From contig JAGCVX010000014.1 in NCBI GenBank assembly GCA_017962145.1, positions 5,162 through 69,161 on the forward strand: 64,000 bases of DNA, in the 5' to 3' direction. Both the position numbers and the translations under genes were made by a program. The stretch is from Clostridiales bacterium. GTDB lineage: Bacteria; Bacillota; Clostridia; Saccharofermentanales; Saccharofermentanaceae. Positions 1-10,127 of the stretch are shown here, piece by piece; positions within the stretch are counted from its first letter, which is position 1, and every line of letters begins with the position of its first letter. Under the pieces are notes generated by a model, which did no database searches, was not told the origin of the DNA, and saw only the letters and a program-made list of their open reading frames with translations.

Positions 1-2
1 TA

Positions 3-200
3 TATAAGTGTCTGGCACTCGGCGCCGATGCGGCGGCAGTCGGAAGATCCATGCTGCCTTCTTTGGAAGACGGCGGCGTCGACGGTGTCGGATCTTTCTT
101 CCAGGGCGTCAACGACGAGCTTCGTTTCGTGATGAGCTGCACCGGATTTTCTAAGGTAAGTGACATCGACGATTCCTGTCTGGTTATGCCGAGAGCATAA
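3..200 (+). CDS. 3' fragment of an FMN-dependent alpha-hydroxy-acid dehydrogenase family protein (5' end lies outside the window)
   Basis: Frame 3 reads YKCLALGADAAAVGRSMLPSLEDGGVDGVGSFFQGVNDELRFVMSCTGFSKVSDI...stop. The LALGADAxxxGR motif followed by GxxGV...EL...M...G is typical of the FMN_dh C-terminus. Confidence 0.45.
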   Translation, partial: YKCLALGADAAAVGRSMLPSLEDGGVDGVGSFFQGVNDELRFVMSCTGFSKVSDIDDSCLVMPRA

Positions 201-222
201 GAAAGGGAAGATATACCGATAC

Positions 223-1026
223 ATGCAGATAGAGAATTACTTTGAAACAACTGAGAAGGAATACTGGCGCAAAGAAATCGAAAAAGGAGACTGGCGTGCG
301 GCCAAGTACCTAAGTGAGATCATCGACACCGAAAAGTTCGCGCAAGCGTATGGAAAGAATGCGCAGGTTTTGCTTCTGGTGGAAGGAAAGAAACTGATCG
401 CGTTCTGCACCTATGCCGAGCATGATGAGATCCCGGATCCGGATCTGAAACCCTGGTCCGGATTCGTCTATACTTTCCCGGAGTTCCGAGGCGCGCGCCG
501 CATGGGAAAACTTCTCGAACATGTATATCTGCTCGCCAAAAAAGACGGATATCCGTTCCTTTATATCTCTACGGAGGAGGAAGGTCTTTACGAAAAGTAC
601 GGCTTTACGTACTGGATAAGTATGGAAAATGAATGGGGCGACCTATCCCGCATTTACCGCATGAAGATCGAGGAAAAAGACTATAGCGAAGTGCTCGGAA
701 GAAAGATCGAAGGTACGATCGACCGGCCTTTGGGTTCCGCCCATCCCGATCATCCGGACATGATCTATCCCGTAAACTACGGATATGTGGATGGGGTTTT
801 CGCGCAAGATGGAGAAGAACAGGACGTGTATCTTCTCGGAACAGATCAGCCGCTGGAAAAGTTTTCAGCCTCGGTCATCGGCGTAGTACACCGCCTCAAC
901 GACTGCGAAGATAAGTGGATCGCAACTCCGGACGGAAAAACGATGGACAGAGAATCGGTCCTTCACGCGATCAGTTTTCAGGAACAGTACTATATGGGCG
1001 AACTGTATCTTCAAAAAAGCACATAA
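223..1026 (+). CDS. GNAT acetyltransferase fused to an inorganic pyrophosphatase-like domain
   Basis: I moved the start to ATG 223, which has a GAAAGGGAAG RBS. The N-terminal half has a GNAT core (FVYTFPEFRGARRMGKLL...GLYEKYGF). The C-terminal half reads YPVNYGYVDGVFAQDGEEQDVYLLG...VIGVVHRLNDCEDKWIATP, a family I PPase-like signature. Confidence 0.6.
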   Translation: MQIENYFETTEKEYWRKEIEKGDWRAAKYLSEIIDTEKFAQAYGKNAQVLLLVEGKKLIAFCTYAEHDEIPDPDLKPWSGFVYTFPEFRGARRMGKLLEHVYLLAKKDGYPFLYISTEEEGLYEKYGFTYWISMENEWGDLSRIYRMKIEEKDYSEVLGRKIEGTIDRPLGSAHPDHPDMIYPVNYGYVDGVFAQDGEEQDVYLLGTDQPLEKFSASVIGVVHRLNDCEDKWIATPDGKTMDRESVLHAISFQEQYYMGELYLQKST

Positions 1027-1093
1027 AGAGCATATGTCGGACACATGAAGGACACATGGGTAACCTACCATAAGGTCATGGAGGAAAGAACAG

Positions 1094-1774
1094 ATGGCCA
1101 GAATCTTGATCGTAGAAGATGCCGCGCAGCTTCGTAAACTCGTGGCGGATTACTTCAGAAAAAACGGTGCTTTTGACGTAGATGAAGCAGCGGATGGATT
1201 TGAAGCACTCCGTCTGATCGAGAAAGAGCAGTATGACATCGCGATCCTGGACATCATGCTTCCGGGTCCTTCCGGGTTCGATATCTGTAAGATCTTACGA
1301 TGCCGAAGCAATTGCCCCATCGTGTTTTTGACGGCACTGGGCACCGAGGAGAATATCCTCAAAGGTTATGAGATCGGAGCGGACGAGTATATGGTCAAGC
1401 CGTTTTCGCTCAAGGTCCTCTATGCCAAGTGTCTGGCGCTTCTTGCAAGAGCGGCGGGAGAAAGTGCTTCGGCGGAAAAAGAGAAGATCCTGCAGTGCGG
1501 CGCGGTCCGTATCTATCCGTTGCGGATGCAGGTTTTTGCAGGAGATACGGAACGGGAACTGGCACCGAAAGAATATTTCCTCCTGAAGGTTCTCATGGAG
1601 AACCAGGGACATGTCCTCGGAAGGCAAAGGCTTCTGGATCTGGTCTGGGGTGCGGATTTTATCGGCTCGGACCGTGTGGTGGACAGCCACATTAAAAAAC
1701 TCAGAAAGAGCCTGGGCGAATACGGGGACGCCATCAAGACAGTGATCGGCGGCGGATATAAGATCGTGCCGTGA
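1094..1774 (+). CDS. OmpR-family response regulator
   Basis: Receiver domain (ILIVEDA, ILDIMLPG, KPF) plus a winged-helix Trans_reg_C domain (LAPKEYFLLKVL, VDSHIKKLRKSL). Confidence 0.9.
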   Translation: MARILIVEDAAQLRKLVADYFRKNGAFDVDEAADGFEALRLIEKEQYDIAILDIMLPGPSGFDICKILRCRSNCPIVFLTALGTEENILKGYEIGADEYMVKPFSLKVLYAKCLALLARAAGESASAEKEKILQCGAVRIYPLRMQVFAGDTERELAPKEYFLLKVLMENQGHVLGRQRLLDLVWGADFIGSDRVVDSHIKKLRKSLGEYGDAIKTVIGGGYKIVP

Positions 1775-1799
1775 AAGGTCTTGCCGAAAGGAGGATCTT

Positions 1800-3512
1800 A
1801 TGAATAAGAATAAACTGAAACCGGGAAACCGTACCCCGAAAATACAAAAGGTGAAGAAACCGAAGTTCTTGACCGAATTTCTGAAATGGAGCCTGATCTT
1901 TCTTCTGATCACGAGCTTTGTCTCCTGGCAGATCCTGTTTCGCGTAAAGAAGGACGCTGAAGATGAGATCTATAGGACTTTCGAAAGCTATACTGATAAT
2001 CTTCAGGAGAATGCCAAAGAATTCTTCGCGCTCGATGAGAGCGATCCCTCGTATAGTTATGTCTATAACCGTCTGGAGTTTTCCTTGAATATGTTTACTT
2101 TTGCGACAGGACGGTATGCCGCGGTCTACGACGGCGATGAGATGATCATGGAAAGCGTAAGCGGTATTTCCGCGGTGTTTGGGACCCAGGGCGAAGATGG
2201 GAAACTTTCTGACTTTTATATCCTGAAAGATGCCTCTTATCTAAAGCCGGTCCAGGAATATAAAAACGGGAAATACGACCTTGCCGAGAATCTCGCCAAA
2301 GCGCAGAAATATAACTACGACCCGCTGAGCATGCTCGCGCTTGTCTTCGGAGAAAAGTTCTATTCGCTGGATTTTGAAGATGTATATATCGATCAGCAGA
2401 CGCACCGCTTTGTTCCCGGAATGGGAAAGGTTGAAAAGTTTACTATGACAGAAGGTGTGGCAGAACTGGATGGTTCCTCCACTGTTCGGATCGACTGCAC
2501 GCCGTCGGATACGACCGGATATACGCATCTTGAAAGATATGATCTGCGTCTTCTGGTTTTCTCTTATACAGAAGATACGGGAAAAGACGTGAACTACTGG
2601 ATCGGTGAGGACCAAAGTACGTTTGTGGATCCGGATCCGGATGTCTATATCCCGCCGGAGGATGCATGGACCTGTTCTTGGAGCGTTCGTGTAAGCTATG
2701 TCAATCCGGAGGCATATTCGGTATGGGAGATCCTTCCTGTCACGACGAGAGTCTGCTTCTTCGGTGCGATTGGCAGCGGTCTTCTGCTCGGTCTTCTGGT
2801 CGCGGTGATCGTTTACCATAAGAAAAAGACGCTCTGGAATACATTTGAGTACAGAAGAAAGACGACGGAAGCGATGGCCCATGACCTCAAGACTCCGCTT
2901 GCGACGATCTCGGCTTATGCGGAAAGCCTGGAAGAAGGTCTGGAAGGACAGGGCGCATCCGCGGGTTCGGCAGAGCAGGCAAGGAGGATCCGGGAGAATG
3001 TTTCCGAGATGAACCGCATGCTGGAAAATATCCTCGACTTTTCCAGAACGGACGCCGGTGTGAACCGGATCACCATCTCGGATGTGGATGTTACAAAACT
3101 TCTAAATGAAAGCCTTGCCCGCTTCGAAAAGCTCTTTGCGGAAAAAGAACTGAAGCTGGAGCGAAAAGGTCGGGCGGCAGACGGAGCACCTTGCTTCCTG
3201 AAAACCGACGCGGAGCTTTTCAAGCAGAGCGTCGAGAACCTGGTATCGAACTGTGCCAAGTATTCCGACCCGGGAAGTACGATCGAGATCGATCTTTTTT
3301 ACGAGCAGCTGAGTTTCAAAAACAAGACCTCCGTTTCGGTTTCGGATGTCGAGGATTTGAAAAAGCCATTCGTGAAAGGTGATGCGTCCCGAGGTGAGAA
3401 CGGAACCGGTCTGGGTCTTTCGATCGTGGACAGTAATCTACGTGCCCTGGGATATAAACTGGAACTGAAACTTCTAGACGGATGGTTCAGCGCGATAGTG
3501 CATTTCACATAG
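1800..3512 (+). CDS. Sensor histidine kinase with a ~300-aa extracytoplasmic domain
   Basis: Two TM segments flank a large loop. H-box AMAHDLKTPLATI, N-box NLVSNCAKYS, G-box GTGLGLSIV. Confidence 0.85.
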   Translation: MNKNKLKPGNRTPKIQKVKKPKFLTEFLKWSLIFLLITSFVSWQILFRVKKDAEDEIYRTFESYTDNLQENAKEFFALDESDPSYSYVYNRLEFSLNMFTFATGRYAAVYDGDEMIMESVSGISAVFGTQGEDGKLSDFYILKDASYLKPVQEYKNGKYDLAENLAKAQKYNYDPLSMLALVFGEKFYSLDFEDVYIDQQTHRFVPGMGKVEKFTMTEGVAELDGSSTVRIDCTPSDTTGYTHLERYDLRLLVFSYTEDTGKDVNYWIGEDQSTFVDPDPDVYIPPEDAWTCSWSVRVSYVNPEAYSVWEILPVTTRVCFFGAIGSGLLLGLLVAVIVYHKKKTLWNTFEYRRKTTEAMAHDLKTPLATISAYAESLEEGLEGQGASAGSAEQARRIRENVSEMNRMLENILDFSRTDAGVNRITISDVDVTKLLNESLARFEKLFAEKELKLERKGRAADGAPCFLKTDAELFKQSVENLVSNCAKYSDPGSTIEIDLFYEQLSFKNKTSVSVSDVEDLKKPFVKGDASRGENGTGLGLSIVDSNLRALGYKLELKLLDGWFSAIVHFT

Positions 3513-3563
3513 AAAAAGACAAAATCCGTTCAAACGGGCAAAACCCGCAAAGCCAGTAATATC

Positions 3564-3597
3564 AGCGATGTAAAGTCAACTTTACATCGCTTTTTTA
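3564..3597 (+). terminator. Rho-independent terminator after the histidine kinase gene
   Basis: 12-bp perfect stem agcgatgtaaag / ctttacatcgct with a 4-nt loop, followed by a T-run. Confidence 0.7.
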
Positions 3598-3731
3598 CGT
3601 GATGTAAAGTCCTTTCGATAGACGAGGCGGGAGGGGGCGGGCATAATCCGAAGTGTAAGGCGGAGCACGAAGATGATCCGCAGGCCGTCCCCGAAAAAGG
3701 GGAGAAAAAATCGAAAATGGAGGACAGGAAA

Positions 3732-3980
3732 ATGTTAAAAGATTTAGGAATCAACGGAGGCACATTGATCATTTGTCTGGTGACGGGATATTTCGTAATC
3801 AAGTGGGCAGTCAAGGCTGCGATCGTAGAAGCATATGAATCGATCACCGGAGAAAAAACCGAGGACGAGCTCGAGGTCGAGCGCATGATGGCCGAGGACG
3901 CCGAGAGAAGAAAAGAGGCAGCCGAAGCATACCGTGCGAGAAAAGAAGCAAAAAAGAACGGCGGTTTGCCAAGAACCTGA
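3732..3980 (+). CDS. Small membrane protein with a charged C-terminal helix (hypothetical)
   Basis: GGAGGA RBS lies 7 nt before ATG 3732. One TM segment (GGTLIICLVTGYFVIKWAV) followed by an E/K/R-rich tail. Confidence 0.45.
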   Translation: MLKDLGINGGTLIICLVTGYFVIKWAVKAAIVEAYESITGEKTEDELEVERMMAEDAERRKEAAEAYRARKEAKKNGGLPRT

Positions 3981-4033
3981 TGTCGTGTTTAAATGGACTT
4001 GTCATCCGACAAGTCTAACGCATCGAGGTTTTT

Positions 4034-4609
4034 ATGGAGATCGGAAAGCGCATCAAGGAGCTTCGCACAAGCCGCGGCTGGAATCAGGAAGTCTTCGCAG
4101 AGAAGACCTATGTGTCCCGCCAGACGGTCAGCGCATGGGAAAACGACAAGAGTTACCCGGATATCAAGAGCCTCCTTCTCATGAGCGAGATCTTCGAAGT
4201 GAGCCTCGATGACCTCATCAAAGGAGACGTGGTCGAGATGAAAAAAGAGATCAGCAGTGAATCCATCCGCGAATTTAAAAAGTGGTCGAATATCTATGCC
4301 GCCGGATTTGTGATCGGCATTCTCATCCCCTATCCGCTGGTGCATTTCTTCAAGTGGTGGGGCCTTCTGATCTTTCTACTGTACTGGGTGGCCCTTCTTG
4401 TTCTGGCTTTCCGTGTGGAAGCGCTGAAGAAAGAAAACGACATCCAGACCTATAAGGAGATCGTGGCCTATCTCGAGGGAAATGAACTGGGAAAGGACGA
4501 AAAGATCGCCGAAAAAGCGAAGCGTCCATATCAGAAGATCCTCCTGGCCATCGGCGCCGGAGCGCTGGCTCTGGCCGTCTTTATACTGTTCCGCCTGATC
4601 TTCGGATGA
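4034..4609 (+). CDS. XRE-family HTH regulator with C-terminal transmembrane segments
   Basis: HTH_3 motif IKELRTSRGWNQEVFAEKTYVSRQTVSAWENDKSYP, followed by 3 hydrophobic helices. Confidence 0.8.
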   Translation: MEIGKRIKELRTSRGWNQEVFAEKTYVSRQTVSAWENDKSYPDIKSLLLMSEIFEVSLDDLIKGDVVEMKKEISSESIREFKKWSNIYAAGFVIGILIPYPLVHFFKWWGLLIFLLYWVALLVLAFRVEALKKENDIQTYKEIVAYLEGNELGKDEKIAEKAKRPYQKILLAIGAGALALAVFILFRLIFG

Positions 4610-4720
4610 AGCCTTAAAAACTGCAAATCTTCCCGAAAAGTACTATAAAATCACCCACGAAATAACTCTTTGGAAATGGTATAGTATATCTATGACTATT
4701 TTTCTTTGGAGGAATGACGT

Positions 4721-6316
4721 ATGGCGATGATGGAAAGACCGGCCGTGAAGGAAGCTGCCGGAGGAAAGTGCTGGGAGCACGAGTTTTCAGATTTTTACAT
4801 GAAGGTGTTTGTTCCGGATACGCAGATCGACGGACAGACCAATAACTATACATTCCGCGCACCGCTGCTTCTCGTTTTCGAAGAGACAAAGCAGGATATG
4901 GACAGCGCGATCCGTTTCGCCAAAGAAACAGGACTCAGCAATATCGCTTCCCGCGTGGACTCGAGCGTGCTTTTCGTTTATCCGAAGGCAGAAGGCGGAT
5001 GGGCCGGCGCAGACGCAAGCTTCTATGCATCCGTGATCGCTGAGATCAAGATGATCCCGGTCTATAAAGACGGAATCGTCGAAAACTTCAATTTCTTTAC
5101 CCAGACATTTGAGGGCTTCTTCGCCCGCGGCGCGATCTTCCGTGCCGACATCTACAGCTACGGCGCATCGGCCGACTATGTTGCCAAGAATCTTCTTACG
5201 ACACTTCAGGGCCAGTATCTCTGGGGTCCGGGCGAGATCACGCCGGCGATGTGCTCGATGGAAAAGCTTTCCGTTGTTCCAAACGTAAACAGAAAAGATA
5301 TCGCGATCCTGAGTGTCGGAAACACCGAAGAGGTGAACAGTGCATTTGCCGGATGCGAAAATCTTCTCATCAAAGAGACCGCAGAATACGAAAAAGACTT
5401 CGATGCATTTGTAAAGAAGTTCAAGATGTGGTGCGGTCATATCGAGATCGAACCGGACTTCCCGGCACTGGGCATGACAGAGGATGTCGGTTCCGTTCTG
5501 GTCAAGACTTCTCCCGACAATCAGTTCCTCCCGGTAAAAGCGCCGGAGCACAAGGTCGGTTACTTCGCTTATTACAACAACGATATTTTCGACAACGGTC
5601 CGGTGCCGCTGGTGTTCGGCTGCCACGGCGGCGGTGACTCCTCCATGTACCTGACATTTGTTGCGGGCTGGTGGGAAGTCGCGCATAAGTACGGATTCCT
5701 TTTCGTATCGATCGAGAATCACCAGTTCGTCACCGCAACAGAAGCCATCGAAGTGATCGAAGGCTTAAAGAAGCGCTACAACATCGATCCGCACCGCATC
5801 TATGCGACAGGCTTTTCGATGGGATCCGGCAAGACCTGGGATCTCTTCCAGGAATACCCGGACGTCTTTGCCGGCGTGATGCCCTGCAGCGCACTCTTCC
5901 CGGTTTATACCACATTCTTCGGAAAGCCGGTCACCGAGAAACTGAACAAGACCGTACCGGTTCCGGTATTCTATTCCGGCGGAGAAAAGTCCCATCTTCC
6001 GGAACTTCCGTTCCAGGCGGATTCTTCTCTGGAGCGTGTCCAGTACCTCTCTGAGGTCAATAAGCTGAAGAAGGATTTCAAGTCTCTGAAGTTCGATGAG
6101 AAAGATTCCTGGGAAGATCCGATCTGGGGTGTGCCGGGAGACCGCATCGAAAAGGTCCACGACGATTCCCGTGACGCGAACCTGACAGTCCACTACTTCG
6201 ACAGTGAAGACGGTGTGTGCAGAACCGCACTGGCCAGCGTCGACAATCAGATCCACGAGTGCCGTCAGCACAGTGTGGAAGAGGCCTGGAAGTTTATCTC
6301 GAAGTTCACAAGATAA
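4721..6316 (+). CDS. Alpha/beta-hydrolase esterase (PHB-depolymerase/CE1-like), two-domain
   Basis: Oxyanion-like FGCHGGG, nucleophile elbow GFSMGSG, and no signal peptide. Confidence 0.55.
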   Translation: MAMMERPAVKEAAGGKCWEHEFSDFYMKVFVPDTQIDGQTNNYTFRAPLLLVFEETKQDMDSAIRFAKETGLSNIASRVDSSVLFVYPKAEGGWAGADASFYASVIAEIKMIPVYKDGIVENFNFFTQTFEGFFARGAIFRADIYSYGASADYVAKNLLTTLQGQYLWGPGEITPAMCSMEKLSVVPNVNRKDIAILSVGNTEEVNSAFAGCENLLIKETAEYEKDFDAFVKKFKMWCGHIEIEPDFPALGMTEDVGSVLVKTSPDNQFLPVKAPEHKVGYFAYYNNDIFDNGPVPLVFGCHGGGDSSMYLTFVAGWWEVAHKYGFLFVSIENHQFVTATEAIEVIEGLKKRYNIDPHRIYATGFSMGSGKTWDLFQEYPDVFAGVMPCSALFPVYTTFFGKPVTEKLNKTVPVPVFYSGGEKSHLPELPFQADSSLERVQYLSEVNKLKKDFKSLKFDEKDSWEDPIWGVPGDRIEKVHDDSRDANLTVHYFDSEDGVCRTALASVDNQIHECRQHSVEEAWKFISKFTR

Positions 6317-6406
6317 GCCCGTCCCATCTTGCACGGGGCGACACGCGCGTGTGGCGCGGCAGGGGCAACTTGATGTAGAATACTCTTATCGATGGAGGGT
6401 GCAAAG

Positions 6407-6970
6407 ATGAAATATACTATGAAAATTGCAGGCTTGGAAAGAGACCTTCCGCTTTGTCAGATAGCGGATGACCTTTATATCGCCGCGTTCATCTGTTTCG
6501 GCGATGCGGAGATCACGACGGCATGTGCCGAAGAACTCCTCAAACTGGTTTCCCGCGATGACTATGACTATATCTTCACCGCGGAAGCAAAAGGCATCCC
6601 GCTGGCACATGAGATGGCCAGACTGAGCAAAGCCGAAAAGTATTTTGTTGCCCGAAAAGGTGCGAAGAACTATATGCCCGATCCGATCTCGGTGGAGGAT
6701 CACTCCATCACGACGAAGGGCGCGCAGAAACTCTATCTCGGACGTGACGATGCCGAGATGATCAAGGGCAAGAGGATCCTTCTTGTTGACGATGTCATCT
6801 CCACAGGCGGATCCCTCCGTGCGATGGAGGAGATGGTCAATATGTGCGGCGGCACCGTGACCGGCCGGGTATGTGTCCTGGCAGAAGGTGACGCGGCAAA
6901 AAGACAGGATATCAAGTTTATCGGGACGATCCCGCTCTTTAACGGAAAAGGAGAGCCGATCGGAACATGA
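6407..6970 (+). CDS. Phosphoribosyltransferase (adenine PRT-like)
   Basis: GGAGGG RBS precedes ATG 6407. PRPP-binding loop ILLVDDVISTGGSL. Confidence 0.7.
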   Translation: MKYTMKIAGLERDLPLCQIADDLYIAAFICFGDAEITTACAEELLKLVSRDDYDYIFTAEAKGIPLAHEMARLSKAEKYFVARKGAKNYMPDPISVEDHSITTKGAQKLYLGRDDAEMIKGKRILLVDDVISTGGSLRAMEEMVNMCGGTVTGRVCVLAEGDAAKRQDIKFIGTIPLFNGKGEPIGT

Positions 6971-7024
6971 CGTGACTTCGGGCAAGGACCGAAGCGGGGG
7001 ATTAGGGTTAAATGAGGGCCGCTT

Positions 7025-8698
7025 ATGGAAATTACCTATCTAGTGGAAGGCGTCGAGTATAAGACAGAATGTACGGATGACTATATCCGTATCGACGACC
7101 AGAAAAAATCAGGCCGGCGCAAAGTGGTCGTGACCGCGTGCTGCGACCTCGAACTTCGGGATGCACAGATCGTGCTTCCGCATTCCTACCATCTGGATGA
7201 TCTCGTGATGGCGAACGGCTATCAGTCCTGGACAAGAACCAGAGAGTTCTTCCTGGGCGAGTACAGCAACGATCTTTCCAAACTGCCCAAGATGGTGGTC
7301 GATAAGTATCACCTGCGTGCATTCGGCTCCCAGGCATTCTGGAAAGAGCCGTCCGGCGGACATCTGGGCTTCGACTTTTCCTGGATCTCGGGAAAAGAAC
7401 CGTTCTTCATCGGAAGCGATAACTATAAAAATGCATATCTGCTGATCTATTTCGAAGAGAAATTCGACCGCATCCGCCTGCAGAGCGACATCGAAGGAAA
7501 GGTCCTGAAAGAAGGCGAGAGCTTCGTGGTCTTCGACTACATGATCGAGGCTTCCCCGCATGAATATTTCTCGAGATTCCGTCCGAGAACATCAACGAAA
7601 CTTTTCGGTTATACCTCCTGGTATAACCACTATCAGAATATAAATGAGAGCATTCTGAACGAGGCGCTGGACGCAGCCGATCCGCGTTTTGATCTCTTTC
7701 AGATCGACGACGGCTACGAGTCTTTCGTCGGTGACTGGCTGGATGTCGATCCGGTAAAATTCCCGCAGGGTCTTTCTCCGATACTGGAAAAGATCCACGC
7801 GAAAAACCTCAAGGCCGGTATCTGGCTGGCTCCGTTTGTCGCGGAAGAAGAATCGAAACTCGTCAAAGAGCATCCCGACTGGATCGCAAAAGACGCAAAA
7901 GGAACCCGCATCTCGGCCGGCTATGTCTGGAGCGGAAGCTGCGTACTGGATCTGAACCATCCGGAAGTCGTCGAGTATATTCGAAATGCACTTTCGCATT
8001 ACGTGACGATGGGTTTTGATTTCTTTAAGCTCGATTTCCTTTATGCCGTCAATCTGAAACCGCTTACCGGAAAGACAAGATCCGAGACATCAGAGTTCGC
8101 GTACCGGCTTCTTCGCGATACGCTTGGCGACAAGCTGATCCTGGGCTGCGGTGCGACGCTTTCAAATGCATTTTCCAGATTTGATTATTGCCGCATCGGA
8201 CCGGATGTTTCGCTTACCTTTGACGATATCCCGCATATGCGGATCCTGCATCCGGAGCGCGTGTCGACGAAAAATACGATCCTCAATACGATCTACCGAA
8301 GTCCTCTGGACGGAAAGGTCTTCTTAAACGACCCCGATGTTTTCATGCTCAGAGACGACAACAACAAGATGAGCTTTACGAGAAGATCCGCTCTGACCCG
8401 TCTCAATGCACTGTTCGGTTCGCTGTTTCTGACTTCGGATCTGGTGGGACGTTATAACGAAAAACAGAAGAAGATCCTCGAAGAAGCACTGGTGCTTTTT
8501 AAACTGGGAAATCCGCTGGGATATGCGCTGAAAGATGAGCGCGTGGAGATCCGCTATGAGATCGAAGGCGAAGTGAAATATTTCTACTATGACTCGGAAC
8601 GCGGGTCACTCCGGGACAAGCGCTCGATCCTGCCGCCGCCCGGAAAGCCTATCCTGCCAAGGATGAAGGAGCGTGCCGAGAAAAAAGGAAAGGAGTGA
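7025..8698 (+). CDS. Alpha-galactosidase-like glycoside hydrolase (GH36/clan D)
   Basis: Motifs FQIDDGY, KAGIWLAPF and DFFKLDFLY, typical of the melibiase catalytic barrel. Confidence 0.65.
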   Translation: MEITYLVEGVEYKTECTDDYIRIDDQKKSGRRKVVVTACCDLELRDAQIVLPHSYHLDDLVMANGYQSWTRTREFFLGEYSNDLSKLPKMVVDKYHLRAFGSQAFWKEPSGGHLGFDFSWISGKEPFFIGSDNYKNAYLLIYFEEKFDRIRLQSDIEGKVLKEGESFVVFDYMIEASPHEYFSRFRPRTSTKLFGYTSWYNHYQNINESILNEALDAADPRFDLFQIDDGYESFVGDWLDVDPVKFPQGLSPILEKIHAKNLKAGIWLAPFVAEEESKLVKEHPDWIAKDAKGTRISAGYVWSGSCVLDLNHPEVVEYIRNALSHYVTMGFDFFKLDFLYAVNLKPLTGKTRSETSEFAYRLLRDTLGDKLILGCGATLSNAFSRFDYCRIGPDVSLTFDDIPHMRILHPERVSTKNTILNTIYRSPLDGKVFLNDPDVFMLRDDNNKMSFTRRSALTRLNALFGSLFLTSDLVGRYNEKQKKILEEALVLFKLGNPLGYALKDERVEIRYEIEGEVKYFYYDSERGSLRDKRSILPPPGKPILPRMKERAEKKGKE

Positions 8699-8702
8699 TC
8701 GT

Positions 8703-10127
8703 ATGCCGATTCTAGCTTCTTTTATGGTCCCGCATCCGCCACTGATCGTCCCCGATATCGGAGGAGGAAGGGAAACGCAGGTCAGCGAGACGATCCGTTC
8801 CTACGATCAGGTAGGTCAGCAGATCGCAAAACTTGCGCCCGAGACCATCATCATCACGAGTCCCCATGCGATACTCTATTCCGACTATTTCCATATTTCT
8901 CCCGGAAAGAACGCGAAGGGTTCCTTTGCGATGTTCCGCGCGCCGAACGTAAAGTTCCATCAGGACTACGACGAGGATCTGGTCGATGCCATCAGCGATA
9001 TCGCCTATAAGGAAGGCCTGCCCGCCGGAACGATGGGCGACCGCGAACCCGAGCTCGATCACGGCACGATGGTGCCCCTTTATTTCATCGAAAAATACTA
9101 CAAAGATTTCAAACTGGTCCGTATCGGCCTTTCGGGGCTCCCGCTTGTAGACCACTATAAGCTCGGCACATTCATCGCCCGTGCCGTCGAACAGACCGGA
9201 CGCCGCGTCGTCTTCGTTGCCAGCGGCGATCTTTCGCACAAACTTCAGGAGAGCGGTCCATACGGATTTACAAAAGAAGGCCCCGAATACGACGACCGCA
9301 TCATGGACGTGATGGGGCGCGCGGCATTTGGCGAACTCTTCGATTTCGACGAGGCCTTCTGCGATAAAGCGGCAGAATGCGGTCACCGCTCTTTCGTCAT
9401 CATGGCCGGTGCCTGGGACGGCAGAAATGTTCGCGCGACACGCCTGAGTCATCAGGATGTGACCGGTGTCGGATACGGTATCTGTACTTTCTATCCCGAT
9501 GCGGAAAATGCACTTCTGCCTGAAAGACGGTTTCTAAAGAAGTACCTTTCCGAAAAAGAAGAAGCGCTTCAAAAACAGAAGGACTCCTCGGATGTCTATG
9601 TCCAGCTCGCGCGTCTTTCGCTTGAGACATATGTCCGCGAAGGATACAGGATCCGTATCCCGGAGGATCTGAAAAAACTTGAATCCGGAGGATTTATCCC
9701 CGATGAGCTCCTGCTCGAACGAGCCGGTGCATTTGTATCCATACATAAACAGGGAAAACTTCGCGGCTGTATCGGAACGATCAGCCCCACTGCGCAAAAC
9801 CTTGCCAAAGAGATCGCGCAGAATGCGGTAAGTGCCGCGACCCGTGATCCTCGTTTTGACCCGATCCGTCCCGAAGAACTTCCGTGGCTCGAGATCAACG
9901 TCGATGTGCTCGGTGAACCGGAAGATATCGATTCGATCAGTGATCTGAACGTCAAGTGCTACGGCGTCATCGTCAGTACCCGGGACGGAAGAAGAGGTCT
10001 TCTGCTTCCGGATATCGACGGCGTGGACGACGAAGAACAGCAGGTCGCGATCGCGATGAGCAAGGGCGGGATCCAGCCGCATGAGGACTATTTCCTGCAG
10101 CGGTTTGAAGTGGTCCGCCACTGGTAA
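8703..10127 (+). CDS. Fusion of a LigB/Memo-like class III dioxygenase-fold domain with AMMECR1 (AmmeMemoRadiSam protein A/B-type)
   Basis: I trimmed the start to ATG 8703 (RBS AAAGGAAAGGAG). The N-terminal half has FMVPHPP...ITSPH...ELDHG...SGDLSH. The C-terminal half has GAFVSIHKQGKLRGCIGT...RDPRF...LLP, which are AMMECR1 hallmarks. Confidence 0.75.
   Translation: MPILASFMVPHPPLIVPDIGGGRETQVSETIRSYDQVGQQIAKLAPETIIITSPHAILYSDYFHISPGKNAKGSFAMFRAPNVKFHQDYDEDLVDAISDIAYKEGLPAGTMGDREPELDHGTMVPLYFIEKYYKDFKLVRIGLSGLPLVDHYKLGTFIARAVEQTGRRVVFVASGDLSHKLQESGPYGFTKEGPEYDDRIMDVMGRAAFGELFDFDEAFCDKAAECGHRSFVIMAGAWDGRNVRATRLSHQDVTGVGYGICTFYPDAENALLPERRFLKKYLSEKEEALQKQKDSSDVYVQLARLSLETYVREGYRIRIPEDLKKLESGGFIPDELLLERAGAFVSIHKQGKLRGCIGTISPTAQNLAKEIAQNAVSAATRDPRFDPIRPEELPWLEINVDVLGEPEDIDSISDLNVKCYGVIVSTRDGRRGLLLPDIDGVDDEEQQVAIAMSKGGIQPHEDYFLQRFEVVRHW

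Noticed and set aside
3530-3886. 118-aa - strand ORF spanning the kinase terminator.
   Set aside because: It crosses a strong hairpin terminator and overlaps the better-supported + strand small gene.
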